From positions 6,714 through 70,713 of the forward strand of contig CAKPIA010000008.1 of NCBI GenBank assembly GCA_934162205.1: a stretch of 64,000 bases of DNA, read 5' to 3'. The notes beneath the pieces were generated by a model. That model did no database searches, was not told where the DNA came from, and saw nothing but the letters and a program-made list of their open reading frames with translations. This DNA is from an uncultured Clostridia bacterium. GTDB lineage: Bacteria; Bacillota; Clostridia; TANB77; CAG-508. Made by a program: the position numbers and the translations under genes. Shown here in pieces: positions 32,401-41,619 of this stretch. How positions within the stretch are numbered: the first letter of the stretch is position 1; each line of letters begins with the position of its first letter.

Positions 32401-32761
32401 TTGCATTACCAACTAATTCTACATTATCATCAGATTTTCCTAAAAATTTTAGTTTTGATTTGTTATTATTTAAAATACTGTATATAAGCATTGCTTTACC
32501 AGTTTTTGATAATGTTTCTTTTTTTAATCCTCCAACTTCACTTAAAATTCTATATGCCATTCTATTAAATGTTATAACTTCCGCATTTACAACTGCATCA
32601 TCTTGTGTTATATCCATTAACTTTTTTTCGGCTGTAAATGAAAACTGTTCTGGAGTAATTACATATATGTTCTTTTCTTTTTTTATTAAATTTGATATTT
32701 CATTAAAACAAAAACTACTTTTTCCTGTTCCTGACTTTCCATATATTATTTTTAAACTCAT
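29405..32761 (-). CDS. addB: Helicase-exonuclease AddAB, subunit AddB
   Basis: Walker A (GKSGTGKS) at the N-terminus and a C-terminal RecB-type nuclease with an Fe-S Cys cluster (...KCPFSYY...CDYCHYKAIC). Start set at the ATG at 32761, which has an AAGGAG SD. Confidence 0.85.
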   Translation of the reverse strand: MSLKIIYGKSGTGKSSFCFNEISNLIKKEKNIYVITPEQFSFTAEKKLMDITQDDAVVNAEVITFNRMAYRILSEVGGLKKETLSKTGKAMLIYSILNNNKSKLKFLGKSDDNVELVGNAITELKKHGVNKEILQNEIDDIDDTYLKTKLEDINLVYQKFQEHIENKYIDETDLLTMLTEKIDKTDMFKDSCIYIDEFSGFTSQEYDIIQKLMKIAKQVNITIGSNNLDFNTISETDIYYTNKITMSKLLEIAEIENIEVEKINLNETKRFKTPELKHLEDNLYKNNYKKYENEIKNIQLFLAKDPYTEIEEVARNIVKLVKNEEYRYKDISVITKNIDTYSNLIKAIFSKFDIPVFIDEKKDLNQNIIVKYILSVLDIFSKNWSYKAMFNYIKSGFLDIDQDKIFELENYCIKYGIQKNKWHKDFIYGYDKEQDKEEIDNLNSLRKQIVKPLDKLKENIDKEKTVKNICMQIYNFLLEQNIEEKVKQKIFEFEDNNLLEYANEYALTLNIIINILDDMVIVFKDDKITIDKFIQIFKIGLKNSELGKIPEVQDQIIVGDVDRSRSHKVKATFIIGLNDGVFQNVKRDEGFLNDKDRQKLKQDGIELAKTTLEILYEDNFNIYKTFTTAEEKIYLSYTSSDLEGKSLRPSVLITKVKKIFPKIQEKSDVIYKEYEIINKKQTYEDLLANIYQLKTEQNIDDVWYEIYQYYKKDKEYNIKLQEDLRGLQYTNMPEDINEENINKLYGNNLKTSISKLEQYRKCPFSYYLKYGLNLKEKEELKIQSLNTGTFMHEVIDEFFTYTKDSKLDLNELTDEDIKNIIDKIVKEKLQLSKNYIFTSTAKYKTLVIRLKRILTKAMKYILQTLNESDFNVLGTELEFGEKGKYKPILLELDDGKKVEITGKIDRIDIAKGTDGNYLRIIDYKSSAKNIDLNEVYAGLQIQLLTYMDAVCKVEDLMPAGILYFSLLEQIIKADKKMTEEEIEEKIKSNFKMKGLILADVKVIKMHDKKLDTGASNLVPAYIDKSGNVSPKRTNGVTKEEFEDLQKYMNYTIKQIAKEIYSGKIDLKPYNKDGVKPCDYCHYKAICSFNPGFCNNKYNYIDKRTKDDVMKDIKKKVSK

Positions 32762-32768
32762 TATTAGT

Positions 32769-33641
32769 TTATGCTCCTTCTTCTCTTCTCCAATAAAATA
32801 GATATTGTTGTGCAAGTCCTGCTAAGTTTCCAAATTTATTTTGTGCTAATTTTTCTATTTCTTTCTTATTTACTTTTGTTTCATCTGGATTTTTTATATA
32901 TAAATCATTCATTACTCTTCTTACCCAAACATCAATTGGGAAAACCTCAAATCTTTTTAGTGTAGAGAATAATAAAATACAATCCGCAACTTTTGGGCCA
33001 ACACCTGATAATGTTAATAATTCTTCTCTTACTTTTGATGTATCTTTTTCATTTTGTAGCTTTTGTAAATCTACTTTTTTATCTAGAATCATATGTGTTG
33101 TTTCAAAAAGCCTTATATCTCTAAATCCCAAACCTAAATTTCTATAATCTTCTACTGTTACATCCTTCAATTCTTTAGGAGTTGGAAATAAATAATATTT
33201 TTTTCCATTCCAATCCACACATTTTCCATATTTTGTTGAAAGTCTTTCTATTATTCCTTTTATTCTTGGTATATTATTATTTGCTGATATTATAAAAGAT
33301 ATAATTGTCTCCCATAAGTCTTGATTTAATATTCTTATTCCATTTCCATAATTAACACTTTTACTAACATTTAAGTCTATTTTTGAAAGTTGTTCCTTTA
33401 TTTTTTCATAATCTCTATCAAGGTCAAAATATTCTGTTACAACATCTTTTATATTTACACTACATATCCCTTTAAAAATTACTGTATCTTTTTCTTTTTG
33501 CACATTTAGTACACCATTCTTTATAACTCCTGTATAGCTTCCATCAACTTGTTTATTCCATCTAAAACATTGCCCACATTCAAAAATGTGTGGCAATTCA
33601 AATGATGTACAATTTTCTAATTTATATTGTTGTTCTTTCAT
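32769..33641 (-). CDS. ogg: 8-oxoguanine DNA glycosylase/AP lyase (Ogg, HhH-GPD family)
   Basis: Typical bacterial Ogg N-terminus (FECGQCFRW) and an HhH-GPD region (LSGVGPKVADCILLF). Start at the internal ATG at 33641. Confidence 0.8.
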   Translation of the reverse strand: MKEQQYKLENCTSFELPHIFECGQCFRWNKQVDGSYTGVIKNGVLNVQKEKDTVIFKGICSVNIKDVVTEYFDLDRDYEKIKEQLSKIDLNVSKSVNYGNGIRILNQDLWETIISFIISANNNIPRIKGIIERLSTKYGKCVDWNGKKYYLFPTPKELKDVTVEDYRNLGLGFRDIRLFETTHMILDKKVDLQKLQNEKDTSKVREELLTLSGVGPKVADCILLFSTLKRFEVFPIDVWVRRVMNDLYIKNPDETKVNKKEIEKLAQNKFGNLAGLAQQYLFYWRREEGA

Positions 33642-33945
33642 ATTATTCACCTTATCTTCTCTATGCATATTTTATCATATAGCACCTCTTTTTTCAATGT
33701 AATTTTTATGTAACTATCATTTTATATGTATGATTTACTTATATATTTTTACTCTAATATCTTCAGTTTTTTGTAACATTTTTTGCATGAACAATTATCT
33801 ATTTGAGGAAACTTTTTTATAATATAAAAAAGTGCATACATTATTTTTCAAATGTACACACTATAAAATACAATCTCTTTTTTCTACTAAAATATAAATC
33901 CTTTAGTAACTATTATTCAATTACTCTATTTAGAGTACAGTTCTA

Positions 33946-35442
33946 CTAATAAAGTGAAGAACGGAATCCATAGACGCAGCTGTAGGCGGCAGCCGTAGTG
34001 GCGCCTTCACGAATCGCTGGATTATCGTTGCCGCTTATATTGAAACTGCCTCCCCTAAAGCTACAAGAATTGTCCGTGTCGGTAGTTTTCTCTAATGTCC
34101 ATTCATATTCGTTTCCTGCAAAATCATATATATTCATTTTGTTTGTTTCTTCACTTGCTCCTGTTGTTAATAATAGTTTATATGATGTACTACTATTGGT
34201 TTTATTTGATGTCACATAATTTTCTGTATCTGTACTAAATGGTGTCCATGTACTTGGTGATGATGGTGGTGAATTTGGACTTATATTATATTTTCCTCTT
34301 GCTAAGGTTACACTACTATTTTTATAATTTCCCCAACTTGAACTATTTGATTTTATATAATATTGTGCTGTATTCGTAGTTGTGTCCCAATTACCTTTTA
34401 CTTCTAAAAACTTACATACTAAATCCCATTGAATTCCAAATAATAAACTACTTGTTTTATTTCCTGTACTCATTCCATTTGCTAATTGTTGTGCATCACT
34501 ACAAGTCACAAAATTATATGGTATCATATCTTTTTTACTTACTGCTTTTGGTAAACCACTTGTTATTCCTGTTCTACTATATCTTGCTAAACTTGTATCT
34601 GTGTCACTACCTTCTATTCCTGCTTCATATCTTCCTATATAAAATCCTTTATTTGTATATATACTACTTAACATTGTTTGATATTTTGTTGTATATTCAG
34701 CATATGTTAACCCGCATCCATTATTTAAGGCTTTTTGTACATCTGTTAATCCTTCTGTACTTGCTGTTACTAATGTGCTGCCATCTTTTGCATACCATTC
34801 ATCTGTATAACTACTTCTATAATCTTTTGCATATGTTATTAAGTCTGTTTTTATATTGTCATAATCTGTACTGTTTTTTGCATTTGTAAATACTGTACTT
34901 GGCACTTCTACCCATACCCATTCATTTCCATTGCTATCTATCATTACTATTCCTGTATCTTCATTTGTATTTGGGTCTATTGTTGAACCTTCTGGCTTTG
35001 CAGCCTTTGCTTGTTTCATAACTTCTGATTCAACAACTGGCTCATCTTTTTTCCCGTCATCTTTTCCTGTTGTATTTGTTGTTATTGTTCCATCTTCTGT
35101 TATTGTTACTTCATAACTTCCTTTTTTTACTGTCCATGGCAATTTATCATCTGCTGATTTTGTTATTGTTGTTCCACTTATTTTATTTATTTCATCTTCT
35201 AATATTTCTATATTTATACTTGCTGTATCATTTACTTTTGATGCCATTACTGCTAATTTTACTTGTTCTTCAAGTTCTGCTTTTGTATTTGTTTCTCTTG
35301 CATTTGTTGCCTGTTTTAATATCCCATTATCTCCTGTTATCATTGTTATTGTTACTCCTGCAAGTATTAACAGTATTATTATTGTTATTATTAATGCTAT
35401 TAATGTAATACCTTTTTCTAATTTTTTGTTCTTTCGTTTCAT
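33946..35442 (-). CDS. Prepilin-signal-like surface protein with a C-terminal FGE-sulfatase (SUMF1-like) domain
   Basis: N-terminus is KGITLIALIITIIILLILAGV, paralogous to the 17826-20600 protein. The C-terminus (GFYIGRYEAG ... SFRGGSF ... VYGFR) resembles the formylglycine-generating-enzyme fold. GAGGAGG SD. Confidence 0.7.
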   Translation of the reverse strand: MKRKNKKLEKGITLIALIITIIILLILAGVTITMITGDNGILKQATNARETNTKAELEEQVKLAVMASKVNDTASINIEILEDEINKISGTTITKSADDKLPWTVKKGSYEVTITEDGTITTNTTGKDDGKKDEPVVESEVMKQAKAAKPEGSTIDPNTNEDTGIVMIDSNGNEWVWVEVPSTVFTNAKNSTDYDNIKTDLITYAKDYRSSYTDEWYAKDGSTLVTASTEGLTDVQKALNNGCGLTYAEYTTKYQTMLSSIYTNKGFYIGRYEAGIEGSDTDTSLARYSRTGITSGLPKAVSKKDMIPYNFVTCSDAQQLANGMSTGNKTSSLLFGIQWDLVCKFLEVKGNWDTTTNTAQYYIKSNSSSWGNYKNSSVTLARGKYNISPNSPPSSPSTWTPFSTDTENYVTSNKTNSSTSYKLLLTTGASEETNKMNIYDFAGNEYEWTLEKTTDTDNSCSFRGGSFNISGNDNPAIREGATTAAAYSCVYGFRSSLY

Positions 35443-35523
35443 AAAATTTCCTCCTCTTATTTATTACTTATATATTTTTAAATTTAATAACATAAAAAAA
35501 TACAAAAAGATAGCAACAAAAAC

Positions 35524-35640
35524 CTATATGTTTATAGGCTTTGTTACTATCTTGTTTTCTACATTTATTATTTTATTTTCTAAACTACGTGTGTGTGCGC
35601 GCGTGTGTACTCCTGCAAGGGTTACAGCTATTGTTTTCAT
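35524..35640 (-). CDS. Possible 38-aa upstream ORF (MKTIAVTLAGVHTRAHTRSLENKIINVENKIVTKPINI)
   Basis: ATG preceded by a GAGGAG SD at 8 nt. It is below the ORF-track size cutoff and contains the alternating Pu-Py tract. Coding status unproven. Confidence 0.25.
   Translation of the reverse strand: MKTIAVTLAGVHTRAHTRSLENKIINVENKIVTKPINI
35587..35610. repeat. 24-nt perfect alternating purine-pyrimidine tract (Z-DNA-prone)
   Basis: acgtgtgtgtgcgcgcgtgtgtac, read directly from the sequence. Strong local G+C anomaly in AT-rich intergenic DNA. Confidence 0.8.
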
Positions 35641-35779
35641 TTTTATTACTCCTCATTTGTATATATTAACATATAGTTTTATTTTAACTTGTTACTATAA
35701 AAAATATTTTACACTATTATTTTTTCTTTTTCAATACTTTTTATAATTTTTATTTTAACTAACAATATACTAAAATTAA

Positions 35780-36637
35780 TTATTCTGTTTTAAATCCTTC
35801 TCCAAATACTTCTCTAGCATTTGATAATATTATAAAGCAATGTGGGTCAATATTTCTTGCGAGTTCTTTTATTTTAGTAATATCACCTCTTGGTGCAGCA
35901 CATACCAATATTAATTTATCTTCATTTGAGTACATACCTTTTCCATATAATCCTGTCGATCCTTTTTTTATTTCTTTTCCTATTGTCTTAGCAATTTGTT
36001 CATTTTTATCTGATATTATAAATAATAATTTTGTAAAATATATACCTTCGAAAATTATATCTATCATCTTTCCATCTAAATATATTGCAATTGCAGAATA
36101 TAAACCTATTTCAAGTTTCTTAAAAAAGATTACATTTAATGCAATTATTATTGTATCTACAATTACAATAACTGTTCCCATTCTTATTTTATGATTATAT
36201 TCTCTAATTATATTTGAAATTAAATCTGTTCCTCCTGAAGATGCTTTCGACCTTAATACTACTGCTGTTCCTATTCCTATTATTGTACCTCCATAAATAC
36301 ATGCTAAAAATCTGTCTTGTGTTAATGGAGTAAATTTCTCAAAAAAATCTATAAAAACAGATAAACTTATTGTTCCCAATAATGATTTAAAAAAGAAACT
36401 CTTTCCTATTTTAAAAAATGCTATTATAAATAATGGTATATTTAAAACAAGTACCATTGTACCAACTGATATGTTTAATAAATAATATGTTATTGTTGCA
36501 ATACCAGAAAAACCACCTGAAGATAATTGGTTTGGTAATAAAAATAATGATATTCCAATTGCCATTATCGCTGTTCCTATAATAGTTTCTATACATTCAA
36601 TTAAAATTTCTTTTATTTTATTTATATTTAATTTCAT
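35780..36637 (-). CDS. YitT-family membrane protein (DUF161/DUF2179)
   Basis: Polytopic N-terminal part with SSGGFSG and ASSGGTD motifs plus a soluble C-terminal DUF2179-like domain. Start at the ATG at 36637 with an AGGTGA SD. Confidence 0.8.
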   Translation of the reverse strand: MKLNINKIKEILIECIETIIGTAIMAIGISLFLLPNQLSSGGFSGIATITYYLLNISVGTMVLVLNIPLFIIAFFKIGKSFFFKSLLGTISLSVFIDFFEKFTPLTQDRFLACIYGGTIIGIGTAVVLRSKASSGGTDLISNIIREYNHKIRMGTVIVIVDTIIIALNVIFFKKLEIGLYSAIAIYLDGKMIDIIFEGIYFTKLLFIISDKNEQIAKTIGKEIKKGSTGLYGKGMYSNEDKLILVCAAPRGDITKIKELARNIDPHCFIILSNAREVFGEGFKTE

Positions 36638-36688
36638 AAAAATCACCTATATTACAATTATTTGTAATTATAGGTGATTTTATTCTTT

Positions 36689-37018
36689 TTAAACATTATT
36701 ATTAACTGTTGTTTCTATTGTTGAATTAATATTATTTAAAGCATTACTATTTATTTCATCTTTATTAATTTTGTTTTCTTTATTTGTTATATTTTCTTTT
36801 TCAGTTTTATTAGATGTAGTATTTTTCATTGATGTGTCAGTTGTATTTGTTACATTATCTGTATAGTTAATATAGTTTGAATTGATGGTATTAGTAATAT
36901 TCTTTACTTCATAATTTAAGTCTTCTTTAAGTATAACATATTTATATACATATATACCAACTGCAATTACCACTAATATTACTAATGTTAACAATAATAA
37001 AGCTGTATCTTTTTTCAT
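36689..37018 (-). CDS. Membrane-anchored Asn/Thr-rich hypothetical protein
   Basis: One N-terminal TM helix followed by a low-complexity N/T-rich tail. GGAGGA SD. The start lies just after the stop of the radical SAM gene. Confidence 0.5.
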   Translation of the reverse strand: MKKDTALLLLTLVILVVIAVGIYVYKYVILKEDLNYEVKNITNTINSNYINYTDNVTNTTDTSMKNTTSNKTEKENITNKENKINKDEINSNALNNINSTIETTVNNNV

Positions 37019-37019
37019 T

Positions 37020-38075
37020 TTATTCCTCCAAAAAATCATTATAAGTTTTTGTTATTTCTATTTTTGATTTTCCTTGTTTAATATCTTCATCTTGTTTAAC
37101 TATTAAATCAACATCATATATATCTTTTAATTTATGAACATTTTCTTTTTTATGTCCTATTACATTATTTACATCTATTGGATTTATTGTAACTTCTACT
37201 TCTTTAACTTTTACATTTAGTTTTTTAATTTTACTAACTATTGCATCATACCACAATGCTGATTCTACTAATTGTCTAAAGGCAGGATGAAATGGTCCAG
37301 CAACAACTTCGCTCGCATCATTTTCTGGATCTGATATTGTATCTGTATTTTGAAGTCCAATTCTTATTACTTCTATATTCTTTTTAGTAAACATTGCTAC
37401 TAAATCTTTACAGATTTCAACTGCTTGTGTAACTGTTATAGGTTGATATTCACCATTTTTGTATTCTTCTTCTAATTTTGTATTTTTTATAACTAATACT
37501 GGATATATTCTAACCATTTTAGGTTTTAGTTTAATTAAGGCTTTTGCTGTATTTATTTCATCAATTCTTGTACTTTCTGGAAGTCCTACCATCATTTGAT
37601 GACCTAATTTAAATCCGTGCCATCTTATCATTTTTGATGCTTTTTTTACATCTGCAAATGTATGACCTCTATTGCTTCTTTTTAATATATAATCATTTGC
37701 TGATTGTACTCCAAGTTCTATTGTTTCTACTTTATACTTTTTAAGCATTTTTAATATTTCTTTATTAATATAATCAGGTCTTGTAGAAATTCTTATACTG
37801 TCTATTTTTTCATTTTTTATGTACTCATATGCCGTACTTAATAATTCTTCTTGTACAGATATATCTATTCCTGTAAAACTTCCTCCGAAAAAGGCTACTT
37901 CTTTATATGCTCTATCATCATTTATTTCTTTAAGAAATTCTTCTATTGTATTTTTTACATCTTCTTTTGTTATCATTTTTGTTTGCCCACTAATAGATTT
38001 TTGATTGCAAAATATACAATCATTTGGACAACCTAAATGTGGTACAAAAATTGGTATTACATATTGTTTTTTCAT
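37020..38075 (-). CDS. Radical SAM protein (ELP3-like N-terminal type)
   Basis: 351 aa with a CPNDCIFC (CxxxCxxC) cluster near the N-terminus. Located upstream of rnc. Confidence 0.8.
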   Translation of the reverse strand: MKKQYVIPIFVPHLGCPNDCIFCNQKSISGQTKMITKEDVKNTIEEFLKEINDDRAYKEVAFFGGSFTGIDISVQEELLSTAYEYIKNEKIDSIRISTRPDYINKEILKMLKKYKVETIELGVQSANDYILKRSNRGHTFADVKKASKMIRWHGFKLGHQMMVGLPESTRIDEINTAKALIKLKPKMVRIYPVLVIKNTKLEEEYKNGEYQPITVTQAVEICKDLVAMFTKKNIEVIRIGLQNTDTISDPENDASEVVAGPFHPAFRQLVESALWYDAIVSKIKKLNVKVKEVEVTINPIDVNNVIGHKKENVHKLKDIYDVDLIVKQDEDIKQGKSKIEITKTYNDFLEE

Positions 38076-38102
38076 ATTTTCACCTCTTTTAAACTTTACA
38101 AA

Positions 38103-38804
38103 TTATGAGTTTAGTTTTTCTAATGCCTTTTGAGCAGCTTGCATTTCTGCCTGTTTTTTACTTTTTCCGCTTCCTGTTGCTAGAACTTTTCCATTGCATT
38201 TTACTTCTGATTCAAATGATTTATCATGGTCTGGACCTTTTTCATTTATTATGTTGTATTGTATTAATACTTCTCCATGTTCTTGTAATTTTTCTTGTAA
38301 TACTGTTTTATAATCTTTAACTCCAACATGTTTTGTAGCAATTTCTATATCATTTTTTAAATTTTCTATAATAAATTTTTTAGCAGGTTCTAATCCACCA
38401 TCTAAAAACATTGCTGCAATAATAGCCTCTACGCTGTCTGCCAATATTGCAGGTCTTGTTTTTCCTCCAGACATTTTTTCTGATTTTCCAAGATACAAGA
38501 AATCACTAAAATTATGCATTTTTGCAACTTTATATAAGCTTTTTTCGCATACAACTGTTGCTCTAACTTTAGTCATTTCTCCTTCTTTTAATTTAGTATA
38601 ATTTTCGTATAAATACTCACTAGATATAAACTCTAAAATACTATCTCCCAAAAATTCAAGTTTCTCGTTACTTTCCACTTTATTTTCATATGCATATGAA
38701 GTATGTGTTAAAGCTTTTTTTAATAATTTTACATCTTTAAATTTATATCCAAGTTCTTTTTCTAATAATTCTAAATCCAACTCTTTCACCTCCTCTAACT
38801 GCAT
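38103..38804 (-). CDS. rnc: Ribonuclease III
   Basis: 233 aa with the RNase III signature (EKLEFLGDSILE) and a C-terminal dsRBD (GSGKSKKQAEMQAAQKAL). Confidence 0.95.
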   Translation of the reverse strand: MQLEEVKELDLELLEKELGYKFKDVKLLKKALTHTSYAYENKVESNEKLEFLGDSILEFISSEYLYENYTKLKEGEMTKVRATVVCEKSLYKVAKMHNFSDFLYLGKSEKMSGGKTRPAILADSVEAIIAAMFLDGGLEPAKKFIIENLKNDIEIATKHVGVKDYKTVLQEKLQEHGEVLIQYNIINEKGPDHDKSFESEVKCNGKVLATGSGKSKKQAEMQAAQKALEKLNS

Positions 38805-38899
38805 ATAATTATATACTATTTAACAATATTTGAAAAGTGTTAATCTAAAATTTTACAAAAAATAACAATATAGCTAAATACTATATTGTTATTTTTTAT

Positions 38900-40870
38900 T
38901 TAAATTTTTCTCATATTCTTTATTCTTACACCAATATGTACACATACTCCAAATGCTACAACTACTAAAACAATTATAATTATTATATTATTTGTATTTG
39001 AGACTATGCTAGGAGTTGTTGAAACTATTTCAGATTTTCCAGGGTCTATTTTTACATCTTCATCAATGCCTTCTCCATTTGAAACTTCTCTTAATATTTC
39101 TCCATTTTCACAAGTTACAACTTCTCCATTTGTATTATTATAATTATATATAAATGTAGAAATATTTCCATTTGCATCTTTCGCTATTATTTCATAGTCC
39201 ACATTTTTATATATTTTTGTTTCTATTTCATTGTATTTATTAAGATTTTTAGTACAGTCAATATCATTTATTACTAAACTTTTTATTGGATTTTCTCTGT
39301 CTGTGACAGAAATTCTAACTTTAGCAAATTCATCTTGATCTTCTAAAACTTCTATTGTTATAACTGGTCCGTAATAATCTTCTGATAAACTTACAACCAT
39401 TACTTGGCATGATGTTGTACATTTTCCATCTTCTGTAGTAGCTGTTATATTTGTTGAACCTATGTTAACACCTTTTACTACTCCATTTTCATTTACTGTT
39501 ACAATATTTTCATCTTCACTTTTCCATATTACTTTTTGTGATGCAATATCTTCTGGAGTTATTGTTGCCAAAAATTTTAACGTACCATTAATATCTAAAG
39601 TTCCATTTTCTTTATTTAATACTATTTTGGGTTCTTCTTTTGGTTCTTCATCTTCTACATTTAAGGCACATCTTAATTTAAGTGTCACATCATTTTCTGT
39701 ATAACTTAAAGTTATTATATTTTTATCCTTTTTTAATCCTTCTCCATCTATAATTTCATAATTATCTATATTTTTTGTAGTACCATCATTATAAGTTACT
39801 TGTAAAATCATGCCTGTCTTGTCAAAGTTTTCTCCATCTTTATATACAACTTTATTAGGTATTTGCACTATTGATAATTTTCTTGGGGCATCTTGTAATA
39901 TATAGTCAATATTATTTTCTTTAGCATAACTACTTACTTTGGATCCGCTCTTACAATAAATTTTCAAATTATTGCATTTATTAAAAACTCCTTCTCCTAT
40001 TTCTATAATATTATTAGAAATTGTCATATTACTTAAAGAAGTACAATCAGCAAATGCTTTATTATCTATTTTAGTTACACTTTCTGGTATTTCTACTGTA
40101 GTTAATTGAGTACATTTATAAAACATTTTCTGTGATATTGTTTTTAATTTTTTTGGAATACTAATACTACTTAAGTTACTACATCCTTCAAATGCTTGTA
40201 CATCTACATCTGTAACACTATCTGGTATCGTTACAGATTTTAAATTTACGCAATTCAAAAATGCTTTTTTCCCTATTTTTGTAATACTTTGTGCTATTGT
40301 TACATTCTGTATATTCTCATCTTCGGCAAATACTTTTTCATCTATTGCTATTACTTTTTTTCCATCTAATTCGCTCGGAATAGTTATATTAGAATTTGTT
40401 CCTAAATATTCTTTTATAGAAATATTAGAAGAATTACTTACAGAATATACATAGTCTTCTGATTTTATCAAATATTGAATATTATTTGATTTTGCATAAT
40501 CGATTGCATCAGAATTATATGGAGCATATAGTGTCAATTTAGAAGAACATTTTTTAAAAGCGTCATTTCCTATTGTCATTACACTTTCTGGAATTATTAC
40601 TTTTGTTAGTTTTGTATTTCCATAAAATGCGTTTTCTCCTATTGATATTACTTCATAATTTTTTGTTCCTATTGTAATGGTACTTGGTATTGTTATTTCT
40701 TTATCATTACCTAAATATCCTGTGATTGTTGCTGTACTATTATCACTATTTATTTGATATTCATAATTTTGATAGTTTGCAGCAAATACACTATTAAAAT
40801 TACATACACAGTATAATATCCCAATATTTAATATTATAAATAATACTTTTTTTACTATATTTTTTATCAT
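38900..40870 (-). CDS. Surface protein with BspA-type leucine-rich repeats, Big_2-like domain and a C-terminal TM anchor
   Basis: 656 aa with a signal peptide and repeated ...IPESVT.I...AF..C..L..V.I... units. A Big_2-like segment (ITPEDIASQKVIWKSEDENIVTVNENGVVKGVNIGSTNITA) and a hydrophobic C-terminal helix follow. Confidence 0.75.
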   Translation of the reverse strand: MIKNIVKKVLFIILNIGILYCVCNFNSVFAANYQNYEYQINSDNSTATITGYLGNDKEITIPSTITIGTKNYEVISIGENAFYGNTKLTKVIIPESVMTIGNDAFKKCSSKLTLYAPYNSDAIDYAKSNNIQYLIKSEDYVYSVSNSSNISIKEYLGTNSNITIPSELDGKKVIAIDEKVFAEDENIQNVTIAQSITKIGKKAFLNCVNLKSVTIPDSVTDVDVQAFEGCSNLSSISIPKKLKTISQKMFYKCTQLTTVEIPESVTKIDNKAFADCTSLSNMTISNNIIEIGEGVFNKCNNLKIYCKSGSKVSSYAKENNIDYILQDAPRKLSIVQIPNKVVYKDGENFDKTGMILQVTYNDGTTKNIDNYEIIDGEGLKKDKNIITLSYTENDVTLKLRCALNVEDEEPKEEPKIVLNKENGTLDINGTLKFLATITPEDIASQKVIWKSEDENIVTVNENGVVKGVNIGSTNITATTEDGKCTTSCQVMVVSLSEDYYGPVITIEVLEDQDEFAKVRISVTDRENPIKSLVINDIDCTKNLNKYNEIETKIYKNVDYEIIAKDANGNISTFIYNYNNTNGEVVTCENGEILREVSNGEGIDEDVKIDPGKSEIVSTTPSIVSNTNNIIIIIVLVVVAFGVCVHIGVRIKNMRKI

Positions 40871-40885
40871 AATAATATTCTCCTA

Positions 40886-41608
40886 TTATTTTAATAAATT
40901 TTTTACTTCTTTTATAGTAAGATATCTCCAATCTCCAATTTTTAAATCTTTTACATTAATATTTCCTATTTTTGATCTATGTAATGCAAGAACCTTTTTA
41001 TTTATTGCTTCACACATTTTTCTTACTTGCCTATTTTTTCCTTCATGTATTTTTATCTCTATTCGAGAAATATCTTTTTCTTTATCAATTTTTAAAATTC
41101 TTGCATTTGCTTCTTTTGTAGTATAATTTTCGTCTATTACTACACCTTTTTGTAAATTTTCAATATCTTCTTTTGTTACAATTCCTTTTACAGTAACATT
41201 ATATGTTTTGTCTATTTCATGTTTTGGATGAGTTACTTTGTACACAAATTCCCCATCATTTGTTAGTATTATTGCACCAGATGTATACATATCTAGTCTT
41301 CCTACTGGCACAACTCTTTTATTTGTTTTTATTAAGTCTAAAACTGTATCTCTAGAAAATTGATCTTTTACAGTAGTTACATATCCAATTGGTTTGTTTA
41401 GTAAAATATACACTTTTTCGTCATCTTCATGTTTTAAAGTTTTTCCATTAAAAACTACTTCGTCTTTATTTGGATTAATTTTTGTTCCAAGTTCTGTTAC
41501 TATTTTTCCATTTACTTTAACTTTTCCTTGACTTATTAATTCTTCACATTTTCTCCTTGATGCTACACCACATTCTGCCATATATTTTTGAAGTCTTATT
41601 TCTTCCAT
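40886..41608 (-). CDS. rluB: Pseudouridine synthase, RsuA/RluB family
   Basis: 240 aa with an N-terminal S4 domain (RLQKYMAECGVASRRK) and the GRLDMYTSG catalytic motif. Confidence 0.85.
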   Translation of the reverse strand: MEEIRLQKYMAECGVASRRKCEELISQGKVKVNGKIVTELGTKINPNKDEVVFNGKTLKHEDDEKVYILLNKPIGYVTTVKDQFSRDTVLDLIKTNKRVVPVGRLDMYTSGAIILTNDGEFVYKVTHPKHEIDKTYNVTVKGIVTKEDIENLQKGVVIDENYTTKEANARILKIDKEKDISRIEIKIHEGKNRQVRKMCEAINKKVLALHRSKIGNINVKDLKIGDWRYLTIKEVKNLLK

Positions 41609-41619
41609 TTTTTCTCCTT

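Noticed and set aside
35426-35746. 106-aa plus-strand ORF spanning the intergenic region upstream of the pilin-like gene.
   Set aside because: It has no SD and a hydrophobic junk-like translation, and it starts inside the opposite-strand gene. The region is better explained by the Pu-Py tract and the possible minus-strand uORF.
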